A DNA stretch of 64,000 nt from positions 256,001-320,000 of the forward strand of contig CAVWHX010000007.1 in the NCBI GenBank assembly GCA_963754925.1. The letters are read 5' to 3'. Every line of letters begins with the position of its first letter. Within the stretch, counting starts at the first letter, position 1. Below are positions 30,489 to 42,568 of the stretch, piece by piece. Under the pieces are notes generated by a model, which was given only the letters and a program-made list of their open reading frames with translations, did no database searches and was not told the origin of the DNA. The DNA is from an uncultured delta proteobacterium (GTDB taxonomy: Bacteria > Myxococcota > B64-G9). The position numbers and the translations under genes are program-made.

Positions 30489-30570
30489 ACCGGCGGAACA
30501 ATCGGTACCGGTATGTGTTGTCTTTCGGTTGGGGATTTTCCGAACACGTGCCCGAGCGAGCTATGCATAT

Positions 30571-30811
30571 TCTCGTTCGCCCAATCTCGTCCCTTCCCTA
30601 TTGAAAATAAAGTGTCTTTCATGTCACCTACACTACCCTCCTCCACATTGAAATCTTCCCAGATAGTTCCGCCCGCACTACTCTGTCGCCATGACCTATT
30701 CAGTCTTCAAGCTTACCTTTTCAAACATCCAGGGTTGTGGGTTCATCAATTTATACTTACCCTGTTTTGGTTGATTTGTTTTTTCTTTCGGATTTCTTTT
30801 GGTGAGGCTCA
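30571..30811 (+). repeat. ~240-bp repeat family, full-length copy
   Basis: Runs from TCTCGTTCGCCCAATCTCGTCC to TTTTGGTGAGGCTCA. Confidence 0.9.
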
Positions 30812-30825
30812 GGGACCACTTCTTT

Positions 30826-31632
30826 TCAAATGACAACTTTCGGATACATCCACGAACCGATCAGGACGAGAAGGGTCATCGAAATGAGCAATATGACCAC
30901 ATCCGTACCCACGCCATAGGCGCTTACCGCCCCACTCACCATCAATGCACGTAATGCATCCACTTCGTATGTCAATGGATTGATGTGTGAGAAAAACTGC
31001 AACCAATGAGGCATGATGGATATGGGATACAGCGCATTACTGGCGAAGAAAAGCGGCATGGTCAGAATCTGACCGATGCCCATGAACCGTTCGCGAGTCT
31101 TCACGATGCAGGCAACGATCAGGGAAAAAGTTGCGAAAATACCTGAACCAAGGATCACCACCGCTACCATGACGGCGAGTGCGGGGACATGCCAATTCAT
31201 CTGAACGCCCAGTAAAAGGGATACGATATAGATAATGGCTGCCTGGGAAAGACCGCGCACGCCTGCGGAGAGGGCTTTCCCCAAAACAAGCGCTGCGCGC
31301 GGTGCAGGGCTTGCCAGGAATTTGTGGAGAATTCCCAGATCCCTCTCCCAGATAATCGCAATACCGAAAAATATCGCCACGAAGAGCACGCTCTGCGCCA
31401 GTATGCCGGGCGCCAGGTACGAAATATAGGACAGATTTCCAGTAGGAATCGCGTGCGTGCGATTGAAGACTTGCCCGACGATGAGAAGCCATAGGATGGG
31501 CTGGATCGAGCGGGTGATCAATTCAAAGTAGTCATGCCGTAGTTTTCGTATTTCAACTTCCGCAATCACGAAGCTTTTATCAATAAAATTGAAAACGTCT
31601 AATATCATGTTCATCCCTACTGATTCGGACAT
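30826..31632 (-). CDS. ABC-2 transporter permease (DrrB-like)
   Basis: QPILWLL, YLAPGILAQS, IWERDLG, NPLTYEVDALR. Confidence 0.93.
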   Translation of the reverse strand: MSESVGMNMILDVFNFIDKSFVIAEVEIRKLRHDYFELITRSIQPILWLLIVGQVFNRTHAIPTGNLSYISYLAPGILAQSVLFVAIFFGIAIIWERDLGILHKFLASPAPRAALVLGKALSAGVRGLSQAAIIYIVSLLLGVQMNWHVPALAVMVAVVILGSGIFATFSLIVACIVKTRERFMGIGQILTMPLFFASNALYPISIMPHWLQFFSHINPLTYEVDALRALMVSGAVSAYGVGTDVVILLISMTLLVLIGSWMYPKVVI

Positions 31633-31633
31633 A

Positions 31634-32437
31634 TCAACCAAGCCTCCGCGCGGTTTTTCTTGTTCTTGAAACCTCACGGTACCCTCTTCCGTTTTCCGAG
31701 TGAAGATCGGCTCCGGCATAGTGGGCAAAGACGTCATCCAAGGTCGCACCATCCGCCCCGATGGATTCCTTCAGTTCTGCCGGCGTCCCGGTGACAACAA
31801 CCTTTCCCCTATGCATAATCGAGATGCGGGTACAGAGGGTATCCGCTTCCTCCATGTAATGGGTGGTCAAAAAGATGGTGGTTCCGTATTCGGCCCGCAA
31901 AATCTCGATATAGTCCCATACCGCTCCGCGAGCCAGCGGATCAAGACCAACGGTGGGTTCGTCAAGAAACAGCAGACGCGGTCGGTGAAGCATGGATTGA
32001 GCTATTTCCAACCGGCGGATCATACCGCCCGAGTACGTGCGGACGGTCTTGTCTGCGGCATTGGTAAGCTCCATGAGTTGCAGCGCTTCACGGATGCGAT
32101 TATTTCGTTCGGGCCTCGGAATATCGTACAGCTTGGCAAACACGAGAAGATTTTCGTGGCCGGTGAGATTGCCATCAGCGGAAATCATCTGAGGGACATA
32201 ACCTATGATACGACGCACCTCACCGGAGTGATGAAGGATATCATAACTTGCGATTTCAGCATTGCCCGAGGTCGGCGGAAGCAGAGTCGTCATCATTTTG
32301 ATGAGTGTTGTTTTTCCGGCTCCGTTCGGCCCGAGCAACCCGAATACTTCCCCTTCGTCAACTGAGAGGGTCAGATCATCAACAGCGGCAAGCGTACCGA
32401 ATCGTCGCGTCAGTCTGTCAATATGCAGGATTTTCAT
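31634..32437 (-). CDS. ABC transporter ATP-binding protein (DrrA-like)
   Basis: GPNGAGKTT, YSGGM, LFLDEPT, TTHYMEEA. Confidence 0.96.
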   Translation of the reverse strand: MKILHIDRLTRRFGTLAAVDDLTLSVDEGEVFGLLGPNGAGKTTLIKMMTTLLPPTSGNAEIASYDILHHSGEVRRIIGYVPQMISADGNLTGHENLLVFAKLYDIPRPERNNRIREALQLMELTNAADKTVRTYSGGMIRRLEIAQSMLHRPRLLFLDEPTVGLDPLARGAVWDYIEILRAEYGTTIFLTTHYMEEADTLCTRISIMHRGKVVVTGTPAELKESIGADGATLDDVFAHYAGADLHSENGRGYREVSRTRKTARRLG

Positions 32438-32889
32438 GACTGCCCCCTTGAGTCCGTATATGCGAAAAGCTGGTAGAGAATTTGCATAGCATATACAATG
32501 GTTGAACAGTCATGCTTATGAAGCACGGAGAGCCTCTCGGCGAGCGATTCCTGCGTAGATTCTCGGGCCGACTGGAGCAATGCACCACCCTTGCTGGTAA
32601 GGTCAAGGGTGATGCGGCGCCGGTCGCTTGGATGGCTGCGGCGTTTTATGAGTTTGCGTTCCACAAGACCGTCAATCAATTTGCACATAGAAGGCAAAGC
32701 CAAACCCACATGTTCCGCCACATCCGACAGCGATGTTCCGGGGTGGCGGTGCACAAAACCGAGAGTCCGGAACTGAGGCACCGAAAGATTAAGCGAGCGG
32801 GAGTTGCGCATCTGGGTACGGACTGTTCGCATCACCAACGGTACTACTTCCAAAATTTCATGGGCTGTTTCGTTAGGTGAAGAGGGCAT
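32434..32889 (-). CDS. MarR-family transcriptional regulator
   Basis: LSVPQFRTL..SLSDVAEH..LIDGLVERKLI.R..DRR..LTSKG; ATGA coupling to the ATPase gene. Confidence 0.93.
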   Translation of the reverse strand: MPSSPNETAHEILEVVPLVMRTVRTQMRNSRSLNLSVPQFRTLGFVHRHPGTSLSDVAEHVGLALPSMCKLIDGLVERKLIKRRSHPSDRRRITLDLTSKGGALLQSARESTQESLAERLSVLHKHDCSTIVYAMQILYQLFAYTDSRGQS

Positions 32890-33357
32890 ATATTTCCTTT
32901 TCTAATTATTAGATAATCTAAGTATAATAAGTTGTCGTTGTCAAGGCAGTATCGTTATCCACCTGTCGCATACAGGTGGTTTTAGGTGCTGTTTCCGTTA
33001 TCCTACAGTTTGAGGCTAGATTACCTCTCAATTCACTGGCAAGCGACGACTTGGGTCGCGATCATGACCCGAAGGTTGCTGGCTGCGAAGCGTACCGGTA
33101 GCATTCGCAGGCCCTCACTCGTTTTGTTCGCAGGGTCGGGAGTGTGGAAATGTTTACCCGGTGACGACCAGGCTGAGTCAATACGAAGACAGTTCTATCA
33201 TTATCGTTGACTTGAAACGAACCACAGAAGTACATTCCGGTGCGATCGGTGTAAAGATCTAGAAGCATTAGATGAAGAAAACACGGTTTGAAATTCCTAT
33301 CCCTTGATCGCCGCATCAGGTCGAGATCAAAGACCGATCTCGTGCACCGGAGAGACG

Positions 33358-34596
33358 ATGAACATCCATTCCAATCTTGCAAGTCGCACCTCGTTGCGGA
33401 TCGACCTCCCGCAGGTCGGTCTGGCCGCGCTCGGCATCACCGTACTGGTGCTCCTTCCCGTTTGCGCACAACCCCCGCCCGCCCCGCCTTCCGGCGGCCC
33501 GGTCGAGGTGGGCGTGGTAACACTCACACCCACGGCGGTGGCGCTCAGCCGCGAGCTGCCCGGTCGTGTTTCTGCGTACCGAGTGGCCGAGGTGCGCGCC
33601 CGCGTGAACGGGATCGTGCTGAAGCGCCTATTCATCGAGGGCGCCAGCGTAAAGGCCGGCCAGCCGCTCTACCAAATCGACGACGCCCCCTACCGCGCCG
33701 CTCTGGCCAGCGCTCGGGCGCAGCTCGCACACGCCGAAGCCAGCGTCGCCTCGGCACGCCTGCAGGCGAGCCGCTACGCCGAGCTGGTGGAGTCTAACGC
33801 GGTGAGCAAGCAGGAATACGACAACGCGGTGGCGGCGCAGAAGGCCGCTGAGGCCGACGTCGCGTCGGGCCAAGCGGCCGTGGAAACCGCCTCCATCAAC
33901 CTCGGCTACACCGCCGTCGCGGCACCTGTCTCGGGCCGTATCGGCCGCTCGGAGGTCACCGAGGGCGCCTACGTGCAGTCGGCGCAAGCCACGTTGCTCG
34001 CCACCGTGCAGCAGCTCGACCCGTCTTTCGTCGACGTCACACAGTCCTCTACGGAGCTGCTCCGCCTCCGTCGAGAGTTCGCCGCCGGCAAGCTGCAACG
34101 GGCGGGCAGCGAGGGGGCCGAGGTGAAGCTCATCCTAGAGGACGGCGGCGCTTACGCCCAGCCCGGCACGCTCCAGTTCTCGGACGTCACGGTTGACCAC
34201 AGCACCGGCTCGGTGACGCTGCGCGCGCTCTTCCCCAACCCCCAGGGCGAGCTGCTGCCCGGCATGTTCGTTCGCGCCCTCCTCGACGAGGCGATAGACC
34301 CGCAGGCGCTGCTGGTGCCCCAGCGTGCCGTCACGCGCGACCAGAAGGGCCAGCCCAGCGCCTTGGCGGTGAGCGCCGATGGTAAGGCGGAGCTTCGGCT
34401 CCTTACCGTAGACCGGGCAGTCGGCAGCGACTGGCTCGTCAGCACCGGTCTGCGCGCCGGCGATCAGGTAATCGTCGACGGGCTGCAGCACATCCGCCCC
34501 GGCGCGCTGGTGAAGTCGGTCCCGGCCGCGCCCGCCCCGTCCGAGTCCCGGCCCGGCGCTGCTACGCCGTCCCACACCTCGCAGCCCCAGAGGTAA
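33358..34596 (+). CDS. RND efflux periplasmic adaptor (AcrA/MexA-like)
   Basis: [43 protein letters not shown]. Confidence 0.95.
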   Translation: MNIHSNLASRTSLRIDLPQVGLAALGITVLVLLPVCAQPPPAPPSGGPVEVGVVTLTPTAVALSRELPGRVSAYRVAEVRARVNGIVLKRLFIEGASVKAGQPLYQIDDAPYRAALASARAQLAHAEASVASARLQASRYAELVESNAVSKQEYDNAVAAQKAAEADVASGQAAVETASINLGYTAVAAPVSGRIGRSEVTEGAYVQSAQATLLATVQQLDPSFVDVTQSSTELLRLRREFAAGKLQRAGSEGAEVKLILEDGGAYAQPGTLQFSDVTVDHSTGSVTLRALFPNPQGELLPGMFVRALLDEAIDPQALLVPQRAVTRDQKGQPSALAVSADGKAELRLLTVDRAVGSDWLVSTGLRAGDQVIVDGLQHIRPGALVKSVPAAPAPSESRPGAATPSHTSQPQR

Positions 34597-34598
34597 CC

Positions 34599-37500
34599 AT
34601 GGCCCGCTTCTTCATCGACCGCCCCATTTTTGCCTGGGTCATCGCCATCCTCATCATGCTGGCCGGTGGCATTGCCATCACCGGGCTGCCCATCTCGCAG
34701 TATCCGGCTATCGCGCCGCCCAACATCAGCATCGCCGCCGTCTATCCCGGCGCCTCGGCCAAGACGGTGGAGGACAGCGTCACGCAGGTCATCGAACAGA
34801 AGATGAACGGGCTCGATAACCTCCGCTACATCGCCTCGAACAGCGACTCGGCCGGCAACGCCACCGTCACACTCACCTTCGGCGCCGGGACGAACCCCGA
34901 CATCGCCCAGGTGCAAGTGCAGAATAAGCTGCAGCTGGCCATGCCGCTCCTTCCGCAGGAGGTGCAGCGCCAGGGCGTCCGCGTGCAGAAGGCGGTGAAC
35001 AACTACCTGCTCATCGTCGCCTTCGTATCGGCCGACAACAGTATGAGTCGCGCCGACATCGCCGACTACCTGGCCACCAACGTGGTCGACCCCATTGGTC
35101 GCGTCACCGGCGTCGGCGACATCCAGTTCTTCGGCGCGCAGTACGCCATGCGTATTTGGCTCGATGCCCAGAAGCTGGTGAGCTTCCAGATGACGCCGCA
35201 AGATGTCAGCGCGGCGGTGCAGGCGCAGAATGCGCTGGTGTCGGCAGGGCAACTGGGCGCGGCGCCCTCGGTGGCCGGGCAGCAGCTCAACGCCACCATC
35301 ACCGCCCAGACCCGCCTCCAGACCGTTGCCGAGTTCGAGGACATCCTGCTGCGTGTGAATCCTGACGGCTCGCAGGTGCGCCTGCGCGACGTGGCGCGGG
35401 CTGAGCTGGCCGGCGAAGTGCTTGACATCGACAGCACTTACAACAACGAGGGCGCGGGCGCGATGGGTGTCAAGCTCGCCCCGGGCGCCAACGCACTCGA
35501 CACCGTGAAGGCGGTGAAGGCGCGCCTCGAGGAACTCGCACGCTATTTCCCGCACGGCCTGGAGATCCGCTACCCCATCGACACCTCCACCTTCGTGCGC
35601 CTCTCCATTGAGGAGGTAGTGAAGACGCTGCTGGAGGCCATCGGCCTGGTGTTCGTGGTGATGTTCCTTTTCCTGCAGAACTTCCGCGCCACCCTCATTC
35701 CCACTATCGCCGTGCCGGTGGTGCTGCTCGGCACCTTCGGTGTCCTCGCCGCGTTCGGCTTCGGCATCAACACGCTAACCATGTTCGGCCTCGTGCTGGC
35801 CATCGGCCTGCTCGTCGATGACGCCATCGTGGTGGTAGAGAACGTCGAGCGGGTGATGAGCGAGGAGGGTCTCTCGCCGCGCGACGCCACCCGCAAGTCG
35901 ATGGGCCAAATCACCGGTGCGCTCGTGGGCATCGCCATGGTGCTTTCGGCCGTTTTCGTACCCATGGCCTTCTTCGGCGGGTCGGTGGGCGTCATCTACC
36001 GCCAGTTTTCCATCACGCTGGTCTCGGCGATGGTGCTCTCGGTGATCATAGCGCTCATCCTCAGCCCGGCGCTCTGCGCTACGTTCCTCAAGCCGGTGCC
36101 CGAACACCATGGGGCGAAGCGCGCCTTCGGCTGGTTCAATCGCCTGTACGACTTTGGCAGCACCCGCTACCAGTCGATGGTGAAGTCGCTCATACACCGG
36201 TGGGTGCGAGCGGTACTCATCTATGCGCTGGTGGTGGGCGGACTGTCGCTGCTCCTCTTCCGCATGCCCACCGGCTTTTTGCCCGACGAGGACCAGGGCC
36301 AGATGTCCGTGCAGATCCAGCTCCCGCCCGGCGCCACGCTCGAGCGCACCCGCAAGATGGTGGAGCTGGTGACGAACCACCTCCTCACCGCCGAGAAGGA
36401 CGCGGTGCAGTCGGTCCTCGGCATCATCGGCTTCAACTACGCCGGCCGCGGCCAGAGCGCCGGCATCGCTTTCGTGCAACTCAAACCGTGGGACGAGCGC
36501 ACAGACGCGCGGCTCAAGGCGGGGGCGGTGGCGGCGCGCGTCACTGGCGCCTTGCAGCGAGTGAAGGAGGCGACCATTTTTGCCTTTGGGCCGCCGGCCG
36601 TGCGTGAACTCGGCAACGCGAGCGGATTCGATATGCAGCTTCAGGATCGCGCTGGGCTCGGCCACGAGCGGCTGCTCGCTGCGCGTAACCAGCTCCTCGG
36701 CGCGCTGCGGCAGGAGCCGGCCGTCACCAAGGTGCGGCCCAACGGACAGGACGACACTTCCCAGTTCAAGATTGATGTGGATTGGCAGAAGGCGGCCGCC
36801 CTCGGCCTCTCATTCGCCGACGTGAACGCCACCCTCTCCTCGACATGGGCTCAATCCTATGTCAACGACTTCGTGGACAAGGGCCGGGTGAAGAAAGTCT
36901 ACCTGCAGGCCGACGCGCCCTTCCGCATGCTGCCGCAGGACGTCGACCGCTGGTACGTGCGAAGCGCGAAAGGCGAGATGACGCCCTTCTCCGCCTTCGC
37001 CAACCGGTCGCTGGACCTACGGCTCGCCCCGCCTCGAGCGGTTCAACGGTATGCCCTCGATGGAGATAGTCGGCGAGCCGGCGCCCGGCCGGAGCACCGG
37101 CGACGCCATGAAGGCGATGGAAGCGGCGGCGGCCAAGCTGCCGCCCGGCATCGGACTGGAGTGGTCGGGCCTCTCCTTCGAGGAACGGCTGGCCGGCGCC
37201 AACACCGGCGCTCTCTACGCCATTTCGCTGTTGGTCGTCTTCCTTTGTCTGGCCGCGCTCTACGAGAGCTGGTCCATCCCCGTCGCCGTGCTGCTGGTGG
37301 TGCCGCTCGGCGTTATCGGCGCGCTGGTGGCCTCCACGCTGCGCGGCCTCCCCAACGACGTCTACTTCCAGGTCGCCCTGCTCACCACCATCGGCCTCTC
37401 GGCCAAGAACGCCATCCTCATCGTCGAGTTCGCCAAGGCCGAACACGAGGCCGGCAAAAACCTGGTTGAGGCGACACTTTCGGCGGCGCGCATGCGGCTT

Positions 37501-37761
37501 CGGCCCATCCTCATGACGTCGATGGCCTTCATCCTGGGCGTGCTGCCGCTCGCGCTCGCCAACGGCGCCGGCTCGGCCAGCCAAAACGCCATCGGCTGGG
37601 CGGTAGCGGGCGGCATGACCTCGGCCACTGTCCTCGCCATCCTTATCATCCCGGTCTTCTTCGTGCTGGTCCGCCGGGTCTCCCAGGTCAAACCGCTGCT
37701 CCCCGCTCCGCCACACAACGCCGCCGCGGCCGGCACCGACGAGGAAGCCGACCATGAGTGA
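34599..37761 (+). CDS. RND efflux transporter (AcrB/MexB-like), frameshifted at ~37002
   Basis: [30 protein letters not shown]-terminus [22 protein letters not shown] in ORF 37051..37761. Confidence 0.93.
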
Positions 37762-39272
37762 GACGATCGCCGTATGCGTGGCACGGAGAGGGTCTGCTGG
37801 CCATACAGCGCACCTAAGACAGGGGAAGGTTCGCGCGCACCGGGTGTGGGGGCCTTTGACCGCCGTCGGCGCCCTCCTCCTCGCCGGTTGCACGCTCGCC
37901 CCGAAGTATGAACGGCCGCCGGCCCCGGTGGCTGACCGTTACCCCACCGCGACCGGGGCGCCTGTCCCCGCCGCCAGCGCAGCTACGAACGTCCTGGCCG
38001 CCGATCTCGGCTGGCGCAATGTCCTGGGCGATGCGCGGCTGCAGGCGCTCGTGGAGCTCGCCCTCGTCAACAACCGCGACCTACGGGTGGCCGCACTGAA
38101 CGTCGACCTAGCGAGCGCCCGCTATGGCATCCAGCGCGCGGCACTCTTCCCCGAGCTGAACGCGACGGCCAGCTTTAGCCGCGCCGGCACCCCGCTCGAC
38201 CTGAGCCCCACGGGCAAGCCCATTACTGAAAACATGTGGACTCTGGGCGCAGGGCTCTCCTGGGAGCTCGATTTCTTCGGCCGCATACGCAGCCTGAAGG
38301 AGCAGGCGCTTCAGAGCTACCTGGCAACCGAGGAGGCGCGCCGAAGCGCGCAGTTAACGCTTGTGGCCGGGGTGGCCAAAAACTATCTCACCCTGCTTGC
38401 CGTTGACGAGCAGCTCACCCTCGTTCGCCAGACCGCCGAGCTTGTGCAGGCTAGCTACGATCTCGATCCAACAGCGCTACGAGGTGGGACAGGCATCGGA
38501 ACTGGACCTTCGCACCGCCGAGGCACAGGTGCAAACCGCCCGCGCCGATCTCGCTTCCTTCACGCGTCAGCGCGCGCTGGCGGAGAACGCGCTTGTGTTG
38601 CTGGTCGGCGAGCCCATCCCGGCGGATCTTCCGGCGGCGCCGCTGCTCGGCGCGACCGAAGTGCTCGCCGATCTGCCGGCCGGCCTGCCCTCGGAGCTGC
38701 TCCAGCGCCGGCCCGACATCTTGGCGGCCGAACACGCTCTCCTGGCGGCCAACGCCAGCATCGGCGCGGCCCGGGCAGCGTTCTTCCCCTCTATCAGCCT
38801 CACCGCTTCCGGCGGCTTCTCCAGCTTCGAATTGGGCCAGCTGTTCGCTAAACCTTCGGGCATGTGGAGCGTTGTACCGCAAGTAACCATCCCCATTTTC
38901 CAGGGAGGACAGAATATTGCCAACCTGGAGGCGGCCAATGCGCAGCGCGCGATCGGCATCGCCCAGTACGAAAAGGCCATCCAGGTAGCCTTCCGCGAGG
39001 TAGCTGATACCCTCGCCTCGCGCGAGCAACTCGATGCCGAGATCGCAGCCGAGACGGCGCGCGTCGCAGCGGAGGAAAGGCGCTATCAACTTTCCGAGTT
39101 GCGTTACCGCAAGGGCGTTGACAGTTACCTTGTGGTCATCTCCGCCCAACAAGACCTATACGCCTCGCAGCGCCTCCTCATCCAGGCTCGCCTGGCCCGC
39201 TACGTCAACCTTCTCAAACTCTATCGGGCTCTGGGCGGTGGCTGGCTGGAGCGCACCGCCAAGTCACCCTGA
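37754..39272 (+). CDS. Outer-membrane efflux lipoprotein (OprM/NodT-like), frameshifted at ~38467
   Basis: [29 protein letters not shown]; continues [33 protein letters not shown]. Confidence 0.93.
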
Positions 39273-39310
39273 TAGTAAACCGCTGGCGAATCACGACCTA
39301 TCGCGAGCAT

Positions 39311-39400
39311 CCCTCGTTCCCTTGGAGAAGTTGCTCCACTTTTCCAACATCCGGGATTGCGAGTTAAGCAATTTACGCTAACAGTCTTTCTTTTTGACTT
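39311..39400 (+). repeat. ~240-bp repeat family, internally deleted fragment
   Basis: CTCGTTCCCTTGG..CTTTTCCAACATCCGGGATTGCGAGTT..AATTTACGC. Confidence 0.75.
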
Positions 39401-39613
39401 AATCATAAAAAATATGTTGACTTCGTAGTATGTCACTAGTATTGTAAGTAATAATAAGGCCTAGCAGAACGAATATATAAATAATATTAGTTAGTTATGG
39501 GGGTCGGTAATAGTGAATAACTGTCTGGAACAGCCTGATTAAAATATATCTAATCTCGAAAGGAGGCAAATTTCAAAGCAAATCGATAACTAAATCTCTA
39601 AAGGAGGCAGACT

Positions 39614-40969
39614 ATGTTACCGAAACTACTGCGATCTTTAGCTTGTCTTTCATTAATTGGATTTGCGGCTTGTTCGGGTAACGATTTCATCGATGAAGCT
39701 AACGATTCTCTCTCCCCCAACTGCTTACTTACTAATATTACCTCGGTTTATGCCAGCACTAACGACGGCAACGTTCCTTCGAATGTCCTGGATGGAAATC
39801 TGTCGACTCGTTGGTCTGGATACGGAATCGGCGCTTATATAACGGCCGATCTCGGTTCACCGGTGTCTGTCTGCGGCTCGGGAATCGCTTGGTATACCGG
39901 AAATAAGCGAACCAACAATTTCGTGATTTCCACATCTCTTGACGGAAGCACTTTCAACTCGGTCTACACCGGCAAAAGCAGCGGCAAGACAACGGCGATC
40001 GAGAATTATTCAGTTGCCACAGAAACGGCCCGCTACGTCCGAGTTACGGTCAATGGAAACTCGCAAAACCTCTGGGCCAGCATCACCGAGCTTCGCGTTT
40101 ATGGTTCATCTGGAGCATCTAGCGGAACCAATCCCACCAGTAACGGATCCTACGACGCCGCCGTGCTCGCGGATCAACCGGTCGCCTTTTGGGACGTGAA
40201 CCACACCAACGGAACTGAACCGGATCTGACCGGGAACGGCAACAGCGGCGCCTACCAAGGCGGTACGCCGGCAACCACCACGATGCCGAACGGCGACCCG
40301 GTCGCGGATTTCAACGGATCGTGCGAGTACCTGACCATCCCGTCTAACGCATCCCTCTCGATTCCTACTACCGGAAACCTAACCTGGGAAGGATGGATCA
40401 GACCGGATGTTCTCCAGTACCCGCACAGCACCGGCGGCTATATCGATTGGATGGGCAAGTGCGCGAGCTATTCGCCAACCTGCGAGTGGGAAGCTCGTAT
40501 GTACAATACCAGCAACTCGCAGGACCGCTACAATCGATTGTCGGCCTATGCCTTCAACCCAAGCGCCGGCCTCGGATCCGCCGCAGACTGGCAGCCGACA
40601 GAAGGGCTGTTGCAGGCGGGCGAATGGTACTACGTCGTGGGCGAATACACCACGTTGAGTCAGCCATCGGATTGCCCGAGTACATCGGCCTATCCCGGCT
40701 CGATCAACATCTGGGTGAACGGGGTCAAGTGGAGCCAGTCCAACCACAACCCAACCGGCTGCATGAGCCAGTACAGCGTGGTACCGGTGGCCAAGAACAC
40801 CCCGGTGAACATCGGAACGATGGCGCATGACAGTTGGTTCCAGGGAGCCATCGGCAAGGTTGCGATCTACGACTACCTGCTCAGCCAGGCGCAGATTACC
40901 AACCACTTCCAAACGATGACGGGAGAAGCGCCGAACGGCAGTTGCGCAAATACCTGCACCCTTCAATAA
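39614..40969 (+). CDS. Lipoprotein with F5/8-type C (discoidin/CBM32) and LamG domains
   Basis: Lipobox FAAC; DGNVPSNVLDGNLSTRWS..ARYVRVTVNGN..WASITE; LamG module shared with 16755..17909. Confidence 0.9.
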   Translation: MLPKLLRSLACLSLIGFAACSGNDFIDEANDSLSPNCLLTNITSVYASTNDGNVPSNVLDGNLSTRWSGYGIGAYITADLGSPVSVCGSGIAWYTGNKRTNNFVISTSLDGSTFNSVYTGKSSGKTTAIENYSVATETARYVRVTVNGNSQNLWASITELRVYGSSGASSGTNPTSNGSYDAAVLADQPVAFWDVNHTNGTEPDLTGNGNSGAYQGGTPATTTMPNGDPVADFNGSCEYLTIPSNASLSIPTTGNLTWEGWIRPDVLQYPHSTGGYIDWMGKCASYSPTCEWEARMYNTSNSQDRYNRLSAYAFNPSAGLGSAADWQPTEGLLQAGEWYYVVGEYTTLSQPSDCPSTSAYPGSINIWVNGVKWSQSNHNPTGCMSQYSVVPVAKNTPVNIGTMAHDSWFQGAIGKVAIYDYLLSQAQITNHFQTMTGEAPNGSCANTCTLQ

Positions 40970-41044
40970 ACGGCGCCGTAACCATCCAAGCCGCAAACCT
41001 TCCAGCTCCGGGGTCCGACGCTCTTATTACCCCGCGAACGAGTA

Positions 41045-42487
41045 CTACGGTTTTACCCCAGCCCGTTGGCGTTCGAGAGCGGCGGCGGAACGATAAAATC
41101 CGAACGTGTTCAAGTTAGAGGCGGCATACGCTAAATAGTCAAGTGAGCTGGCCTTGATTAAATGCGCCACCTTTTCGTTAGGATTGGCCGCGATAACCAC
41201 ATCGCATAGCTCGCATACGAGTTGATGCTCGCCAACCTTTTGTAGCGCGATAGCGCGTGCCAGCAGTTTGTCCGCGCCTCCGGCAAGCGCTACTAACTCG
41301 CGAGCACGGTAGCTCGGCGGCAACGGAGACAGGTCGGTTCCGTGACCATCGTACCAACCCGTAAGACCTTGATATATGCCACGTACTGACCAACTGACCT
41401 TACCGTAATACTCTTGAAGATAGGACAGCTTGGCCAGTTCCGGCGGCAGTTTTACCTCCTGAGCCAATTCCTCGATGGATTGTCCCTGGTTGATGCCTTT
41501 TAGCGTCTCTTGGTAGACATAACGAATCGCTTTACCGTAGCTTGTAAGCGTTTCACGAATATTGTCTGCACCGATGACGGCTAGCGTGTGGCCGGGAATT
41601 AGATATCTCGGCTGTAATGCGATCATACGATCAATCGATTCATACCATTTAGCCACCGGCCGGGGCTCAAGCATGGGCGTAGACAGGTTGGGAAACGAGG
41701 CGTAATAGAGATCGCCGCAAAAAAGCGCATTTTCGTGGGGCAGCCATACCATCAAATGGTCGGGAGTTTCGCCCCAGGTGTGATACAGCTCGAAGGTTTT
41801 TCCACCGAGCGAAAAGGAGTATTTGTCGTCGAAGGTAATCGTCGGCATTACGATATCGCGGTTGGACCTGATCAGTTTTACCGGAGATTGGACGGAGAAC
41901 GGCAGCGGCAGCGCGTATTCCGGAGCGAGCTGTCCCGCCTGATTGAGGCGGCTACGAGTATGAAATGGCTCTAACCATCCCATGTCCTTTTTTATCAAGT
42001 CGACTGTATCGGCGGTGGCGATCACTCGCGTATCGTTTTCCAGAAACGATCGAGCTCCCTGCACATGGTCCAAATGGCCATGGGTATAGATGATGTACTT
42101 GATCGGTTTATCGGTTATCTTGCGAAACTCTGCTAAGATTTTTTTGGCCGCTTCTTCCGACTCGGTTGTATCGATGATCACCAAGCCTTCCGCGGTAATG
42201 ACCATCTGAACGTTTCCCAGGGCAAACCCGCGTGCGAGATAAATGTCGGCGGCAATCTTTTCCACCACGGGCTCTACGAGCTGCTTGAGCAGGGCTGCCT
42301 GTCTAACGGCTTCGAGCGACAACTTAGGCTTGGGCGGCGGATTGTAGGTCAAGGTCGACTCGCTCGGGGCCGCCGGCTCGCGCGTTATTGCCGCGGGCTT
42401 TTTTAGGTGGAAGTTTTGCGCTAAAACTGCTCCCAAGAGAACCACGATAAACACTAGCTCGACTATCGCAACTATTTTTGCCTTCAT
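41045..42487 (-). CDS. Alkyl/aryl sulfatase, MBL-fold (SdsA1/BDS1-like)
   Basis: THGHLDHVQG, GETPDH, FPNLST, PGH, YGKVSWSVRGIY..GWYDG. Confidence 0.9.
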   Translation of the reverse strand: MKAKIVAIVELVFIVVLLGAVLAQNFHLKKPAAITREPAAPSESTLTYNPPPKPKLSLEAVRQAALLKQLVEPVVEKIAADIYLARGFALGNVQMVITAEGLVIIDTTESEEAAKKILAEFRKITDKPIKYIIYTHGHLDHVQGARSFLENDTRVIATADTVDLIKKDMGWLEPFHTRSRLNQAGQLAPEYALPLPFSVQSPVKLIRSNRDIVMPTITFDDKYSFSLGGKTFELYHTWGETPDHLMVWLPHENALFCGDLYYASFPNLSTPMLEPRPVAKWYESIDRMIALQPRYLIPGHTLAVIGADNIRETLTSYGKAIRYVYQETLKGINQGQSIEELAQEVKLPPELAKLSYLQEYYGKVSWSVRGIYQGLTGWYDGHGTDLSPLPPSYRARELVALAGGADKLLARAIALQKVGEHQLVCELCDVVIAANPNEKVAHLIKASSLDYLAYAASNLNTFGFYRSAAALERQRAGVKP

Positions 42488-42568
42488 TCCGCTTCTCCTA
42501 GCGCCACGAGCTCGTTCCGATTATTTCCATTATTTAGCGTTCCTATCCTACCATATGAGGCAGCCTAT

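Noticed and set aside
30513..30833. Repeat as a protein-coding gene (ORFs 30513, 8806, 13966, 50788 and the minus-frame ILDVGKDELED-like reading)
   Set aside because: Stops and indels differ among copies and no frame is preserved. A very old coding origin cannot be fully excluded.
33628..39152. Long antisense and alternative-frame ORFs over the RND operon (similar ones over 27064, 29508, 46539)
   Set aside because: Shadow ORFs of GC-rich coding DNA, with no recognisable motifs.
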